Shown: piece after piece, positions 40,750 to 53,700 of the stretch | How positions within the stretch are numbered: the stretch's first letter is position 1 | Layout of the letters: each line of letters begins with the position of its first letter | Position numbers and translations under genes: made by a program | Notes under the pieces: generated by a model | Seen by the model: the letters and a program-made list of their open reading frames with translations, nothing else | Database searches by the model: none | Told to the model about the DNA's origin: nothing | Origin: Psammoneis japonica | Lineage: Eukaryota | Assembly (NCBI GenBank): GCA_008632985.1 | Contig: QPGO01000003.1 | Coordinates: 434,001 to 498,000, forward strand | DNA: 64,000 nt | Direction: 5' to 3'

Positions 40750-42690
40750 ATGAGAAGCTATTCCTCGTCTCTCTTTAAGAAATTGTATCCAAGAGTTGGA
40801 CTCTGTTTGTTTCTTGGAAGCACGTCGTATCTATTTCTTGCCAGCAACCACTGTTCTCCTATTGTCACAACGGCATTGAGCATTCCACAACAACAGCGAT
40901 TGTCGTCTCGACACGGAGGTACTACTACAACATTGCCACAACGGCATTCTTCTATTCTGCATTCCTCCAAAAAAGGCGCTGATCCGCTCTCGTCCTTGTG
41001 GGACAACATGGCTGGGGCCATTTTGAAACGATCCAATATTTCTGCGGATCCAGAACGGGACGAGGCACTACAATCCTTGGGTACACCATGGAAGGATATC
41101 CAATCGACTCTGCACAAATTGCAAACACCCAAAGAACGCGAGTTTCGTACCAATCTAGAAAAGGGATACGGTGTTGGATCTCCCCTACACAAGGTTCGGC
41201 TCTATGATGAATCCAACAAGGAACAAGATGTACGTGTGACGCTCTATCGTGATTCGGCTTCGTGGTAAGAAAGAAAAAAAGTTACATGTATATTGCTACT
41301 TTTGCTATGTTGTATAAATCCTGTTCAAACCATCATGACATTTATCGTACACAGGTGCCCCTATTGTCAAAAAGTGTGGACCATGTTGGAAGAAAAGAAA
41401 ATTCCGTATCGAGTGGAAAAAATCAACATGCGTTGCTACGGAGACAAACCGCGATCCTTTTTACAAGTCCAACCAAATGGCAATATTCCCGTGGCCGTCA
41501 TTGATGGCAAAGTCTATGGTCAATCCAATGACATTATGTACGCGTTGGAAGAATTGTTTCCAGACAACCGTAGTTTGAGTGTGCAAGATGGAGCAAGAGG
41601 AAACGAAATGCTGCGATTGGAACGACAACTCTTTTCCACGTGGCTCATGTGGTTAACGGGTGGACGTGGAAAGCAAGACTTTATCGATACATTGACACAA
41701 GTTGAGGCGGCCTTGAACCAAAGCAGTGGACCCTTTTTTATGGGCAAGGACGTTACCATTGTGGACTTGATGTTTGTTCCATTCTTGGAACGCATGTGTG
41801 CTTCTCTGCTATACTTTAAGGGTTTCGTCATTCGTGTGGCTCCCGGCATTAAGGGTGACTATCCTGCTGTCAATCAATGGTTTGATGCCATGGAAACGTT
41901 GGAATCGTACCAATTGACAAAATCCGACTACTATACCCATTCTTGGGATTTGCCACCACAATTAGGTGGTTGCGTCTCTGAAGACGGTTCAATGCCATTT
42001 CAACGTGCAATTGATGGAGAACGTCGCCTCACTCAAGACGAACGCCGTCTCTTGGGAACAACGGGTGTTGGGGAAGACAAACCCAGTTGGGCATTGCCCT
42101 TGGAACCGCACAATGGAGGCGTGGAACCCGACTGGGAATGGGCCGCCACGGGAGACGCGGCACGACGCGAGGCTGTCGAACGGTTGTCAGCCAATCATGA
42201 AGCGATCGTCAAGTTTGCCGCACGTGGTGCGGGTCGGAAGGGTATACCTCCCGCCATGGCGGAACTCTCCGATCCAAACGCAGTACCGAATGAAGCTGTC
42301 ATTGTTGGAGTTGACTCTATATTGCAAACGATATGCATGGCAATGCTCGAGGGTGTTGACAAACATCATGATACAATGCGTCAAATTGCTAACATTGCTG
42401 TATCAAGTGGCGATAAAGAGTATGCAGATGGTCTTGTAGCAAGTCTGTTGTATCTTCGTGATCGAGTTGGAGTTCCACGCGACATGAAGTTACCGGCTGG
42501 TGCGTAGAAAGAAGGGATTTCTGGTCTTATGTGTTGCTGCTGCTGCTACCATCAATGGTATTTTGTGTTCTTCTTCTCATCACAGTCGTTGTCCGTACTC
42601 TTCTCTCAATCTCCATGTACAGCTCGGGAGCTTCGCGCACATTTGTATTGGGCTGTTGAAACGATTCTTCAATTCCAGGATGCAGAATAG
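40750..42690 (+). CDS. Glutathione S-transferase family protein (Cys-GST, CPYC motif), probably plastid-targeted
   Basis: Exons 40750-41264, 41355-42499 and 42623-42690 splice to TLYRDSASWCPYCQKVW...KINMRCYGDKP...SDYYTHSWDLPPQLGGC...LRDRVGVPRDMKLPAARELRAHL. Confidence 0.88.
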
Positions 42691-43504
42691 CATCGTGTTT
42701 ATTCTTGAATGGGTTGCTCCATCCTTTTATATATGAAGCATAGGATTTCTTACTGTTTTGCATTCCTAATACAGTAGAGAGCGACGTCTCTTCGCTTCCA
42801 ATTCCTTTTCAATGACATCTCTGCCAATGTCTAATGTTGTACCGCACAACTGAAAGATCGTGAAGTAAGATCGCGAACATGATGAGTATGATGGCTGATA
42901 CTTGCAATGTCCCGCCGTCCATAATATGAGACATCGATAGTAGCGTCACAAATCAACTGACGGTACAACTGCTGAAGGCTACTAGTTTTCCTTGACGAAG
43001 TTATGCATGGTAGAGTAAGAACTGACATATCCAAAGAGCATTACAAAGAATAAGGAATGCTATAAAAATAAAAATGTGCATCGGGGTCTTCAACAACAAG
43101 ACGACCACCCGCCGACCATGAAAGACCCCCCATGAGTTCGTATTGTACATGAGCTTCTGCCGCACTTCATTGTGTACTAGAAGTGTGGGTTAGCCGGGGG
43201 TGTTAGCACTTACAAATTAGGTTTGGTTTTCCTGTGTTGTACGCTGTCAATCGATGAGAGTATCAAAGCATGAAATATGAAGAATATGCGCATCATAACT
43301 CATTGTTTGAGGCTTGGTTGTTTGCTCTTACAGAAATTTCCTCAAATAATGTGCAAGCTTGAGAGTCAACCAAAAGTAGATAGAAGGATCCATACAGTGT
43401 CATGTATCATGGATGGTTGGAAACCGAATGTAGATATGGAAAGATGGATGTTTGGAGACCAAATGCAAATGTGCCAGGCATTTATGTTTCCTTCGCATCT
43501 CTGG

Positions 43505-45106
43505 CTATGGCTTTCCTCTCAAGAGATGGCGTCCCGTCCAGTCGTCGTCATCGTAGCCGCCTAGCCCATCGTCGTCGTAGCCATCGTCGTTGTATCTACT
43601 AACATCGTCATCGTAGCCGGTGGTGCCACACCAGTCATCATGGCAGTCGTCATCGTCGTCATAGTGATCGTCATCGGTGGTGCCACACCAATCATCATGG
43701 CAGTCGTCATCGTCGTCATAGTGATCGTCATCGGTGGTGCCACACCAATCATCATGGCAGTCGTCATCGTCGTCATAGTAATCGTCATCAGTGGTGCCAC
43801 ACCAATCACCATGGCAGTCGTCATCGTCGTCATAGTAATCGTCATCAGTGGTGCCACACCAATCACCATGGCAATCGTCGTCGTCGTCGTCGTCGGTGTA
43901 ATCATCGTCGTCTCTTCCATAGATGCAGAGCAATTTTGTACACTTTCCACCATAGAAATGGCCGCTGTCAAGAGCATTGCACTCAACTTCTGTGACATCA
44001 TCGCGACAAGCATCGAAATTTCCATTATCAACGTGGCAACAGGCTCCTGTGACTGGTGAGGGCTCGCAAGGGTGAGACAGACACGTCGTGAGGTGACCTT
44101 GATAGGTACCTCTGTTTTGATATTCGCATTCGTAGTAGGAAAGACGATCAAGACATCCTCTACCAGAAATGCAACACGCGCCCGTTACATCACCGGTGCA
44201 GGTAGAAAAAGTGCACTCTCCGCCGACGAAATTCCCGAAATTGAAAACCACTTCGCACTCCTCTCGGGTTACATCATCGCGACAAGAAAAACCCTCAATG
44301 CCATGGCAGCAGGCTCCCGTGGAAATGCACTGGTTAGGGTGGCATGGTACGTTATTGCCAAGGTATTCGCGATCTCCGTATTTGCGGTCTTTGCGGCTAC
44401 ACTGGGCTTTCGTGAGAACCTTGCAATTTCCACTGCGTTTATTGCAACATGCACCCTTTGGGCAAGTTCCCTGGGCGGTACAAGGCACCCTGAAACCCAA
44501 GAAATCTCCTTTGCACTCCCACCTTGGAGTCATTTGGCATTCATCTTTCTCTGCATCACAACATGCTCCAAAAACCTGCAATCATTTGAAGACACAGTTG
44601 TGTGAGTTGAATGGATGGGCATTTACTGGCTCTGGCGTCGTGTGTCATGCATGAGATGGTCCAGATTTCGCTTACCGGTGTCAGAAGCTTCCGAAAGAGT
44701 GACTCTGATTCAGCTTTGATGATGTCCTGCGGGAGCTCCGGCTTTTTTTGTGAGTAGTCGCAACAACGGAACGTCAAAGACAACAATATCAGAATGGCAA
44801 GTCGAGTGGGAGTGAAGTAAAGCATTTAAGCAGGCACCTACGACGAGTGCTTACTTTTGACAAGGCACCATTGGTTTCTTCCAACTCAGATCCTGGATCT
44901 GAGACATCGACGTGAGAAGTGACACCTAATTCGGCAAAAGTATAGTCAAGTGGGTGAGTTCGTGCTCAACGCAATGATTCACGTCTCTTTCCGCGCACGC
45001 CATCATCCCCGGATTCCATTGTCCATTGCTTCCATTACACACCTGTTGCCCTGCATGCGGTGAGCGTGAGAACGAGAATAGCTTCTTCTTTTAGTATGAT
45101 TTTCAT
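43505..45106 (-). CDS. Secreted Cys-rich GACC-repeat protein A with an Asp-rich C-terminal repeat
   Basis: Exons 45106-45043, 44925-44855, 44741-44676 and 44575-43505 splice in frame: signal peptide MKIILKEEAILVLTLTACRATG, RKL motif, five GACC modules, DDDDDCHDDWCGTT repeats, terminal RHL. Confidence 0.8.
43600..43900 (-). repeat. 57-bp coding tandem repeat (19 aa, TDDDYYDDDDDCHDDWCGT), about 5 copies
   Basis: tggtgccacacca recurs at 43621, 43678, 43735, 43792 and 43849. Confidence 0.93.
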
Positions 45107-45855
45107 CCTTTTCGTTCAGTGCCTTATTGTCAATTTTCGCTTCTCTGTGAACGTCGCATCCCAAATCGCTCGTTGACTTCTACTAGCTAGTAGGTAGAGC
45201 GAGACTGTGACTGTGGATTTTCGGTGTGTGATCTGAATCACGTCTCTGTTAAATGCAGGCACTATTCAAGTTGAGTTTTGTTTAACATTCAGAAGAATGC
45301 TCCTTATTAAGGATTTTTAGTATTGAGAATATGGAGAAAAAGTTTTTCCTATCAATGTCTTTAGGAAAATTCATTTCCAGTCCCAAACATCCAAATCTGT
45401 TAAATGGTCTGTTAAATGTTATAACCAGTTAAATAAAGTCGTCGAAGCAGTTGTCTTGACACGTCAACAGTGTCAGCAATCGTTCCAAACTGTTAAATAA
45501 AGTCGTCGAAGCAGTTGTCTTGAAGTGTCAGTAATCGCTTAAACGAGAGAAGAAAATCGTTAAATATAACTTATAAATGTTAGCATGAGATCAATCCGCG
45601 TTTTCTCGAGTCCCACATGGGCACTGTCCTCATCCCAACGCACCTCCCAAGCTGGGAGTGCTTCCAACGTGCCGGCACAGCACGGTAGACACAGGCGCAC
45701 TCTCTGCGGTGGAACCCCATGTGAAAACGTGGCACGCAAAATGGCTCTCTGCCCTTTGGCCAATGACTCATCCGTGACCTCCGACTGAAGAACCAACAGT
45801 GACCGTTGCTTGCAACAACATCATCATGTCAGCACTCTGCCTCACTTCTCGAAGC

Positions 45856-46016
45856 CTCACTTCTCAAAGAGAGCAACAAAAACAACAGCCAGACAATGGT
45901 TGGCAGAACAAGCCTTCTCCTGTCCAAGCCAGATGTCAGCAGCTGGAGAGTGAGAGAGAGGGAGCAATTGAAGCTGTCTGATGCTGTTGTTTTTGTTGCT
46001 CTTTTTGAGAAGTGAG
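45856..46016. repeat. Inverted repeat with about 40-bp arms, MITE-like
   Basis: ctcacttctcaaagagagcaacaaaaacaacagccagaca (45856-45895) is the near reverse complement of 45975-46016. Confidence 0.75.
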
Positions 46017-47644
46017 AGCACCAACGGTGTTGTTGCAAATGGTCCCTCTTGGTTCACTCAGAAGCTGCCAACATGAGCAGTTGTTGGCTGGAGGGCAGCG
46101 AGCTCTTTTGTTTTCCATGTGCCTGTGTCACGCATTGTGAGGACAGCAGCCATGTCATTGCTTTTCTGACATGTTTTTCGCAGAGCACCAGAATGTCGAC
46201 AATTGGGGCTGGAAGGCATTTGTGGGCACAGCAATTCTCATCCTCCTGTTTAAGCTGGACAGCAGCGGCTGTCCAGTGTTGTCTTCCAGTTGTGGACAGA
46301 TGCAGCTTTTGTCTTCAGCAACTGGCTCCTTTTGTGACATGCTCTGGGCTGGAATGAGGTGATGCCAAAACAACTGCAGAGCTCATTGGAGCAACCACAT
46401 CTCCTTTGCACATGGTGCAATGGCAGTGTTGCCCCCATCATTTCTCATGACCTTGTCTCACTCCCAGTGCTTGCAGATGACCTCCACCAGGTCTGCACAT
46501 TGACTCATGACCATGGCGTCAGGTCCGCGATGTCCTTGAAACCCATCACTCCCATGCAACAATGCATCAGTGTCTTCTGGCAATGAAGACATGCCTCCCA
46601 CTTCTTGTTACAGCCAAAGGAAACAGCTTGAGCAAGTCAGTCCAGTCAAAAAAGGACAAAGACCACAATTTCTGGTTCCCTTGTCCCGCTGGGTTTGTCT
46701 CAGGTTGTTGGGGTTCCCTTGTTGTGTTTGAGCAGCCAAATGTGGCTGGAGTGTAAATTGGGACAAGCCAACTTGATGTCCACCTTGTCAACTTGAGGGG
46801 GGACTGAAGAATTTACCATGTGAAATTGGCTTGCAGGAATTTGCATGTTGAACAAGGAATTTGGCAATGAGGCCATTTGATGTCAGCTCATTGGATGAGC
46901 TCACTTCTTAAAAACAGCAGCACGGTGTCACAAGCTTTCTTTCAGTTTTTCCTTGGTGCACGCCATGCCACAGGGTGTTCAATTGTGCAATTGATTCTCT
47001 GTCATCACCCACCCCAATCTCCACACAACCTCAGAGTCTTTCACATGGATGCAATCAACAAGCAAGCCAATGTTTTTCTTGACTTGGCACATCAAAACCG
47101 CAGCAATGTTTTCCTTCACCTTGATGGTGTTCAACCTTCCTGATGGCACAGCAGCCAACATCAACATGTGCTGGTGCTTGTCTCTGACACATCTTCACAC
47201 TTGCAATTGATTCCAGCTGTGAAATTTTTCACAAAACCAATCAACAACAGGTGCTGTTGTAGAACAGGGTTCCTGTTTTGGCATTGTTGAACCCGTCGAC
47301 ACCATTTTTGTGATGAAGAAGGTGGAAGAGAGGGCTGGTTTTCTTGGTTTCATGATCTTCCATGGTCAAAAGGCTCAAATCCATAAGACCTTGTGGGCAT
47401 GTCTGGGGATTGACTTAACTTGGAGAAGCCCAGCGCACCAAGTTTTGCCAAGACTCTCCTGTGGGTGATGTGCCTTGAGTGACTCAACAAAACTCTTGAC
47501 GCAAAAGGACACCTTCAACTGGCTGGAAAAATCATTTGATTGAGGGGCACTGCCCCAATGGAAGAATCTGCCAGTCCCCAGCATTTCTTGGCAGCTGCTT
47601 CAACCAATGTGCCCATTGTGATTGCACTGCTTTTGAACTTGTGT

Positions 47645-47875
47645 TTCTGCAACAAATGCACTCCAGAGAGGGGGGCAATGTCAGTTGCACAAAAGCAATG
47701 CGGGTGAACAGAGGCAAGATGCTTGAAAGTGCCAAACAGCAAGCTGCACTTCTGCTTGCATGACAAATGCACTTCAGAGATTGGGGCAATGTCAGTTGCC
47801 ATGAAAGCAATGCAGATGAACAGAGGCAGCACCTTTGAGGCAGTTCCAGATGCTTGAAAGTGCAAACAGCAAGTG
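47645..47875. repeat. Diverged tandem duplication of about 115 bp
   Basis: acaaatgcact.cagaga..ggggcaatgtcagttgc...tgaacagaggca...gatgcttgaaagtgc occurs twice. Confidence 0.75.
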
Positions 47876-50707
47876 TCAAAGTGCAAACAAACCAAAACAA
47901 GTTCAAGACAGTGGCAACTGCAAAGCAACCAAAAAAGAAGCATGAGAAGCGACCAGAAAAAAGCAAGTGCGGTGTCTTGCATGAGCCACAACACACACTC
48001 AATCGGCTTGCTGAGTTCCAAATGAGAGAATGCAAAGAGATGGTGTTGTTTGCAATGGCGCAGCAACTGTGCAAAGCTGCAATTGCATTGTGACAACAAT
48101 GCTGTGACTTTCAAATGAAAGGAACAAATGGTTTCACACAACTGCAAGGGCAAACAGGGGGTTGCAGAGCAGTGACAGTGGTGTGCTGTGTTGTGGCTGG
48201 TGATGTGTGTTGGGTTTTTTGACGTGGATGGCATGTGCTCATAGAAGTTAGTGATGTTCTGCACATTGCCAGAACAACGTTGTAAATGCCAACTGATGCT
48301 GTTCTTCCTGTGACAAAATGTGCACCTCAGTTGTTGGAGATGTGCGTTGTTGTCACAAATGCATTGCAACATCAAAATGATCAATGTTTGCCAAAAACCA
48401 AAAAGTGTGAGCTCTGTCGGGTAGAGCCAAAAGTGCCTGGCACTGACAACTGCATGGAAAATCTCACGTGATGAAAAGCTCATTGCCTGGGGCTGGAAAA
48501 CAGTCAAGCAATTGCATTTTAGAGAGAGTCTGTCTTGTGTCCATTGGTGTCATGGAGTTGTTCTTCATGTCATCTGTTTTCCAGGGTTGTTTTGTCCACT
48601 GAAGGTGAGCCCAGCTGAGTTTAATTGCAGTTGCTTGCTTGGCACACACCTGAGGACATTGTGTCTTGCTTGAGCTCCTGCATTGAAAGCACTGAGTCCT
48701 TGGTTGACTCATGTGGGATCAAGTGCTGGGACACAAGTTTGTGATCAGAGTCCCCGCTTGACAGCTCATTTGCAAAAAATGCTTTCCAGCTGTTGGCAAG
48801 TGACATTCTCTGCAGCAGCCCATTGATTTGAAAGACCAACATGACTCCAAGGCTGCAATGCACAGTGCAGATCATCACAGCATCATCAACAATGCCCAAC
48901 ATTGTTGAGAGAATGACAGTTGACTTTGGCGCACAAAATTGAATTCACCTGAATGACAAAAAGGCCTGGCTCTTTCCATCCACTTGTCCAACAATTTTGC
49001 GCACAGGTGCACAAGCTGCTCTGACTCTCCAAAGAGTGCTGCATGCTGTGAAATTAAAAACTGTTGCCAAGTTTCTTTGTCAAAGCTTCATTTGGAGTGG
49101 AGGCAGTGAACTGTTGCCTTCTTTTTGGATTGGTGCTTGTTGGCTGGCTCTTCTTTCCTGCTCCACTGTGTGGCACAGGCTGTGCTGGCAAACATGGCAG
49201 GTCTGCCAGCTGGCACAGCCCATCTGCCTGCATCTGTTTTGGCTGCAGCTCCACTGGTGATGGCCACTCCCCTGTTCCTGCCATTGTTGCTCTGGCCATT
49301 CCTTCTTCAGATGATGGCAAGATTTGTGCACAAGCAAGCCAGGGTGGGTCCCTGAAATGCACGCCACCAGCCACAAAGGCAGCGGACCTGGAGACACTCC
49401 AGGACATGACACACTGACTCTCAAAAAGCAGTCAAAATGATCATTGAAGACAGAGAAAGAAAACAAAGAAGAGTCTGTGGTGGATGTCCCTGACTGTGCT
49501 TGCAAAACAAAGAAGAAGGCAGAAATGGTGAAGAGGAGTCAAGTGATTGAGCCTGTGGGGTGGACAAAAATTGGGGTTGAACAATCTGAATGTGCACAAA
49601 ACAACTGCAGCTTGCTTTTGCACTTGTCTGGGATGCAAGCTGGGATGAAGTTGGTTCTCTGGAGAGTGTCTTTTGCTGTGTGGCAGGCTCATTCATGCTG
49701 TTGTTGTGTGCAGTGGTTGGAAGCGGTCTGTGCCAGACACTGCAGAGAGATGATGGCCATTTGAAATTTGCAGAGAGCACTTGCCACTCACAGAATGATT
49801 GTTCCAAGTGACAATTGTTCACGAACCTTGGACATGCAGTGGTGGGTTTGGGTCACCTGGTTTGACAGCCATGATGTGACCAACATGTCTTTCCAAATCA
49901 TCTGCCACAGTCTCCAACTCTTCTCACTTTCCAAGCCTTGGACTGCATGTCCATGGTGTGGATTTGCACCACAAATCAAAAGTGCCATTTCATCAGCATC
50001 AATCAATGGAAGCATTGGGGCCTCAGCAAAGCTGCCCAGATGCGGAAGGCAAAAAAAGCAGCGCCACTTCAAAATGTTGGTTTCGGTGAGTGCCTGGCTC
50101 ACAACAGCAGAGCATCTCTTCCTCATGTGCTCAAGGTCTTTCAAAGCCACACTGATGTCACTCTCTGAAAACACACATCCATCATTGGAGTTCACTGTGA
50201 GGTGAACAATGCACACATTCGCCCATGCTTCTGGGTGGCCCAGTTTGAAAAGTGCCAAAATTGGTCGGCAGTGACTGCTCAGTTTTCTCATGCCTTTGCT
50301 GTTGCCAGTCATTCAGAGCAGTGCAATCTGCTCCTCATTCCATTGCTCAATGCTTTGAATCACATGTGCTGGGACAGGCAAGTCATTGTTGCAGTGTTCC
50401 ACCAGCATTTGCAGCTGGCTCAGCAGGTGTCCTCGAGATCTGCTGCTGCTGGGATGAGGGTGTTGGTTCGTGTCCCTGGGAACCTGCTCTGCACGTTGGA
50501 CTCTATGTTGACACCTCCATTCTGCAATGGCATCTTCACGAAAGTTCACTGTGCAGTGGGTTGCGCGACATGAGCGGTGGGACGCATCACACGACCGCCA
50601 TTGTGACCGTCAGAGATGTGTTACTAGAATTGACGCGGTGGAATGACGCGCTGCAGCGCCAGCGAGTTTGTATCATACGGGAGACACGTACCCTACAATT
50701 GTACTCC

Positions 50708-53700
50708 TAAAAAATAATGTGCATCGGGTCTTCAAACACATTACTCTCTAACAACTAACAGCTCTAATACGACAAGACGACCACGACCGCCAACTATGTG
50801 GTGAGAATATCAAAGCATGAAATATCAAGAATATGCTTGGTTGTTTGCTCTTACAGGATTTCCTCGGATAATGTGCAAGCTTGAGAGTCAACCAAATATA
50901 CGGTGTGTAGAAGGATCCATGCAGTGTCATGTATCATGGATGGTTGGAAACCGAATGCAGATAGAAATGATGGATGGTTGGATACCAAATGCAAATATAC
51001 CAGGCGTTTATGCTTCCTTCGCATCTCTCCTTACGGCTCTGCTCTCAAGTGACGCTGAGGTCCACACGGGTTTGGGTCACAACGGAGGCCGTTTCCTAGA
51101 AAGTTGCGCCCCAACTCGTGACACCTTGCTGGTGTATGCATTTCGCAACTTCTATCCGCATTGCAACAAGCCCAAAACGGATGGAAGATACAGGGCAAGT
51201 CATCGCAGTCTCCACCGTAGAAATGCCCGCCATCAAGAGCATTGCACTCTTCCTTGGTGACATCATCGCGACAAGCATCGTGATGTCCAAAATCACCAAT
51301 ATGGCAACAGGCTCCTGTGTATGGTGAGGGCTCGCAAGGGTGAGCCAGAGTATCACATGTCGTGAGGTGACCTTGAAAGGTACCTCCGATGAGATCTTCG
51401 CATTCATGGTGGGAAAGATCATCAACACATCCACTGCCAGAAATGCAACAGGCGCCAATTGGGGAACTACCGGTACAGGTTGTAGACTTGCACTCTCCGC
51501 CGATGAATTTAACAAAGAACACTTCGCACTCATCTCGCGTGACATCGTCGCGGCAAATGGCACCCTCAACGCCATAGCAGCAGGCTCCTGTGGAAATACA
51601 CTGGTTGGGGTGGCATGGTACGTTATCGCCAAGGTACTTGCGGTCTTCGTTGTTGCACTGGGCTTTCGTGAGAACCTTACAATGTCCACCGTGTTTATAG
51701 CAACAGGCACCAGTGCTGGGTGGAGCAACAGTTGCCAACCTAAGATCTCCTGTGCCCAAATCATATGAATAGTATGAAATGACGGCAGCACCATTTTCAT
51801 TTATTTGAAACGAAAGATCTTTCTCGTCTCCAACGACTCCAGTGCTGTCAACCGTAACAGTGTCGATAGCATTACAGGTAGGGTTTCCGCAGAAGGCCAC
51901 CTTGAGCTCATTTGTGGCCGAGTCGTGGTACACAATTACGGGATGTCCCAAAGGGTTATAACGGAGTACCTGTTGACGTGACCTCGTGCTGGCAATTACA
52001 GTTATGGTAACAGTACCGGTGCAACGACTGTTGCTGCACACGCTCAACTTGAGCTCGTCGCCCTCAAAGTGTGTCATGGCGGGGTTGCCGCTTGGGGTGA
52101 GTTGGAATGAGCAAAACCCTAAATGGTTATCATGATGGCTGTTGACGAGCACGGTTTTGGTGACAGTACCCGTGCAATAAGGATTGTCACAAAAGGCCAG
52201 CATTTTTTTTGTTTGAGAAGCCTCTGCAACGGTGTACGCAATAATGACATGGCCGAAAGCATCAAACTGGAGTGCTTCGTCTTCACACGGACTCGATAAA
52301 CCACTTTCAATCAGAATTTCTGTATTTCCGCTTGCTGAGGAGCATGTCTTGCTAGTGCTGCATACGGAAAGAAGGACGTCAAGTACTTGTGATGAATGAT
52401 GTACGATAGCGGGCTTGTCGGTAGCTGTGAGCTGAAGGGAATTAGTCCTCCCAACCCGTCCAGGACCACTGTCAACCACCACCACTCTGACAGAACCTGT
52501 GCAGTCTGAAGTCTCACAAACGGCCAGCTTTAAATCTGCATTGGACCTGTCATGGAATGCAATGACGGGATTGCCGATGCTATCCAGTTTGAGAGATGTA
52601 TACTCCCCGACCAAGCCAGTATTGGATAGCGTCCGCGTGGTGACAGTGTGGTGAGGAAAGCAACTAGGAGTGGTACACGATGCAAATTTTAGTGCCGTGT
52701 TGGTCTCATCCCAGTAAGCAATGGTGGGATTGCCCCCTCTGTCTAGGACAAGTGAATTGAAGCGTCCGACGTTTCCATCTCTGTCGATGACGTTGATGAT
52801 GCGCTCAGGACAAGTGTGACCCATCGTTGCGCACGTCGTAGAGTGACCCAGATATTTACCTCCTTCGTCAAACTCGCAAGCAAAGTGCGTTTCCCCATCA
52901 TGACATCCACGGCCTGGAATGCAGCACGCGCCAATGGGTCGCCAACACTGATTGAAGTCGCAAGGTACATCATCTCCAAGGTACACGCGGTCCTCATGAT
53001 GACACTGGGCTTTCGTGACAACCTTACAGTCTGCAGTGTACTGGTGGCAACAAGCCCCAGTACTCGGAGGATGGGAACAGCTGTTTGGATTGCATCTCGT
53101 GAACGGTCCAAGGAATATGTCACCCGCTGTTTCATCACAATCTGGTTCCAATGCAACGTGGCAACTTCCATCCTCGTGACAACATCCTCCAGTTTCGAAT
53201 TGAGGTGGACATTTGACAGACGCGCACGGCACATTGTCTCCAAGGTAGTGACCAGTCGGGGATGTACACTGGTCTTTGGTATTCAACCTACAAATTCCAT
53301 CAAATCGATCGCAGCATCCTCCAGTGATTGGGCAAGTTCCCTGGGCGGTGCAAGGCACACTGAAACCCAAGAAATCTCCTTTGCACTCCCACCTAGGAGT
53401 CATTTGGCATTCATCTTTCTCTGCATCACAACATGCTCCAAGAGCCTGCAATAATTTGAAGAAATAGTCGTGTAAGTTAAATGAATGGGCATTTGCTAGC
53501 ACTGGCATCGTGTACTGTGCATGAGATGGCTCAGATTTTGCTTACCGGTGTCAGAAGCTTCCGAGAGACAGACTCTGATTTAGCTTTGATGATGTCCTGT
53601 GGGAGCTCCGGCTTTTTGCGAGTGATCGCAGGAACGTCAAAGACAAAAATGTCGAAATTGCAAATCGAGTGAAGCAAACATTCAAGCAGTGAGCCATGAA

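Larger units (their letters stand above)
43064..45658. repeat. Segmental duplication copy A (gene plus flanks), paralogous to 50708-54545
   Basis: Shared 3' flank (aatgtgcatcggg...tcttcaa), exons, introns and upstream region up to atgagatcaatccgcgttttct...gctgggag. Confidence 0.9.
45800..50570. mobile_element. Mosaic of degenerate transposon fragments, TpA/CpG-depleted; possible non-LTR RNase H / C-terminal remnant near 46100-46600 on the minus strand
   Basis: Sharp composition shift, Tyr-poor and Cys/His-rich ORFs, an internal inverted repeat and a tandem duplication. Family assignment is weak. Confidence 0.6.

Noticed and set aside
43600..43900. Regularly spaced repeats resembling a CRISPR array
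   Set aside because: The units are contiguous with no unique spacers, stay in frame within a eukaryotic exon, and there are no cas genes.
44885..44903. Palindrome ctcagatcc-t-ggatctgag (also at about 53765)
   Set aside because: Lies inside coding exon 2 of both paralogues and is plausibly coincidental.
45428..45540. Short direct repeat gttaaataaagtcgtcgaagcagttgtcttga present twice
   Set aside because: Local tandem duplication in copy A only (single in copy B); no evidence of function.
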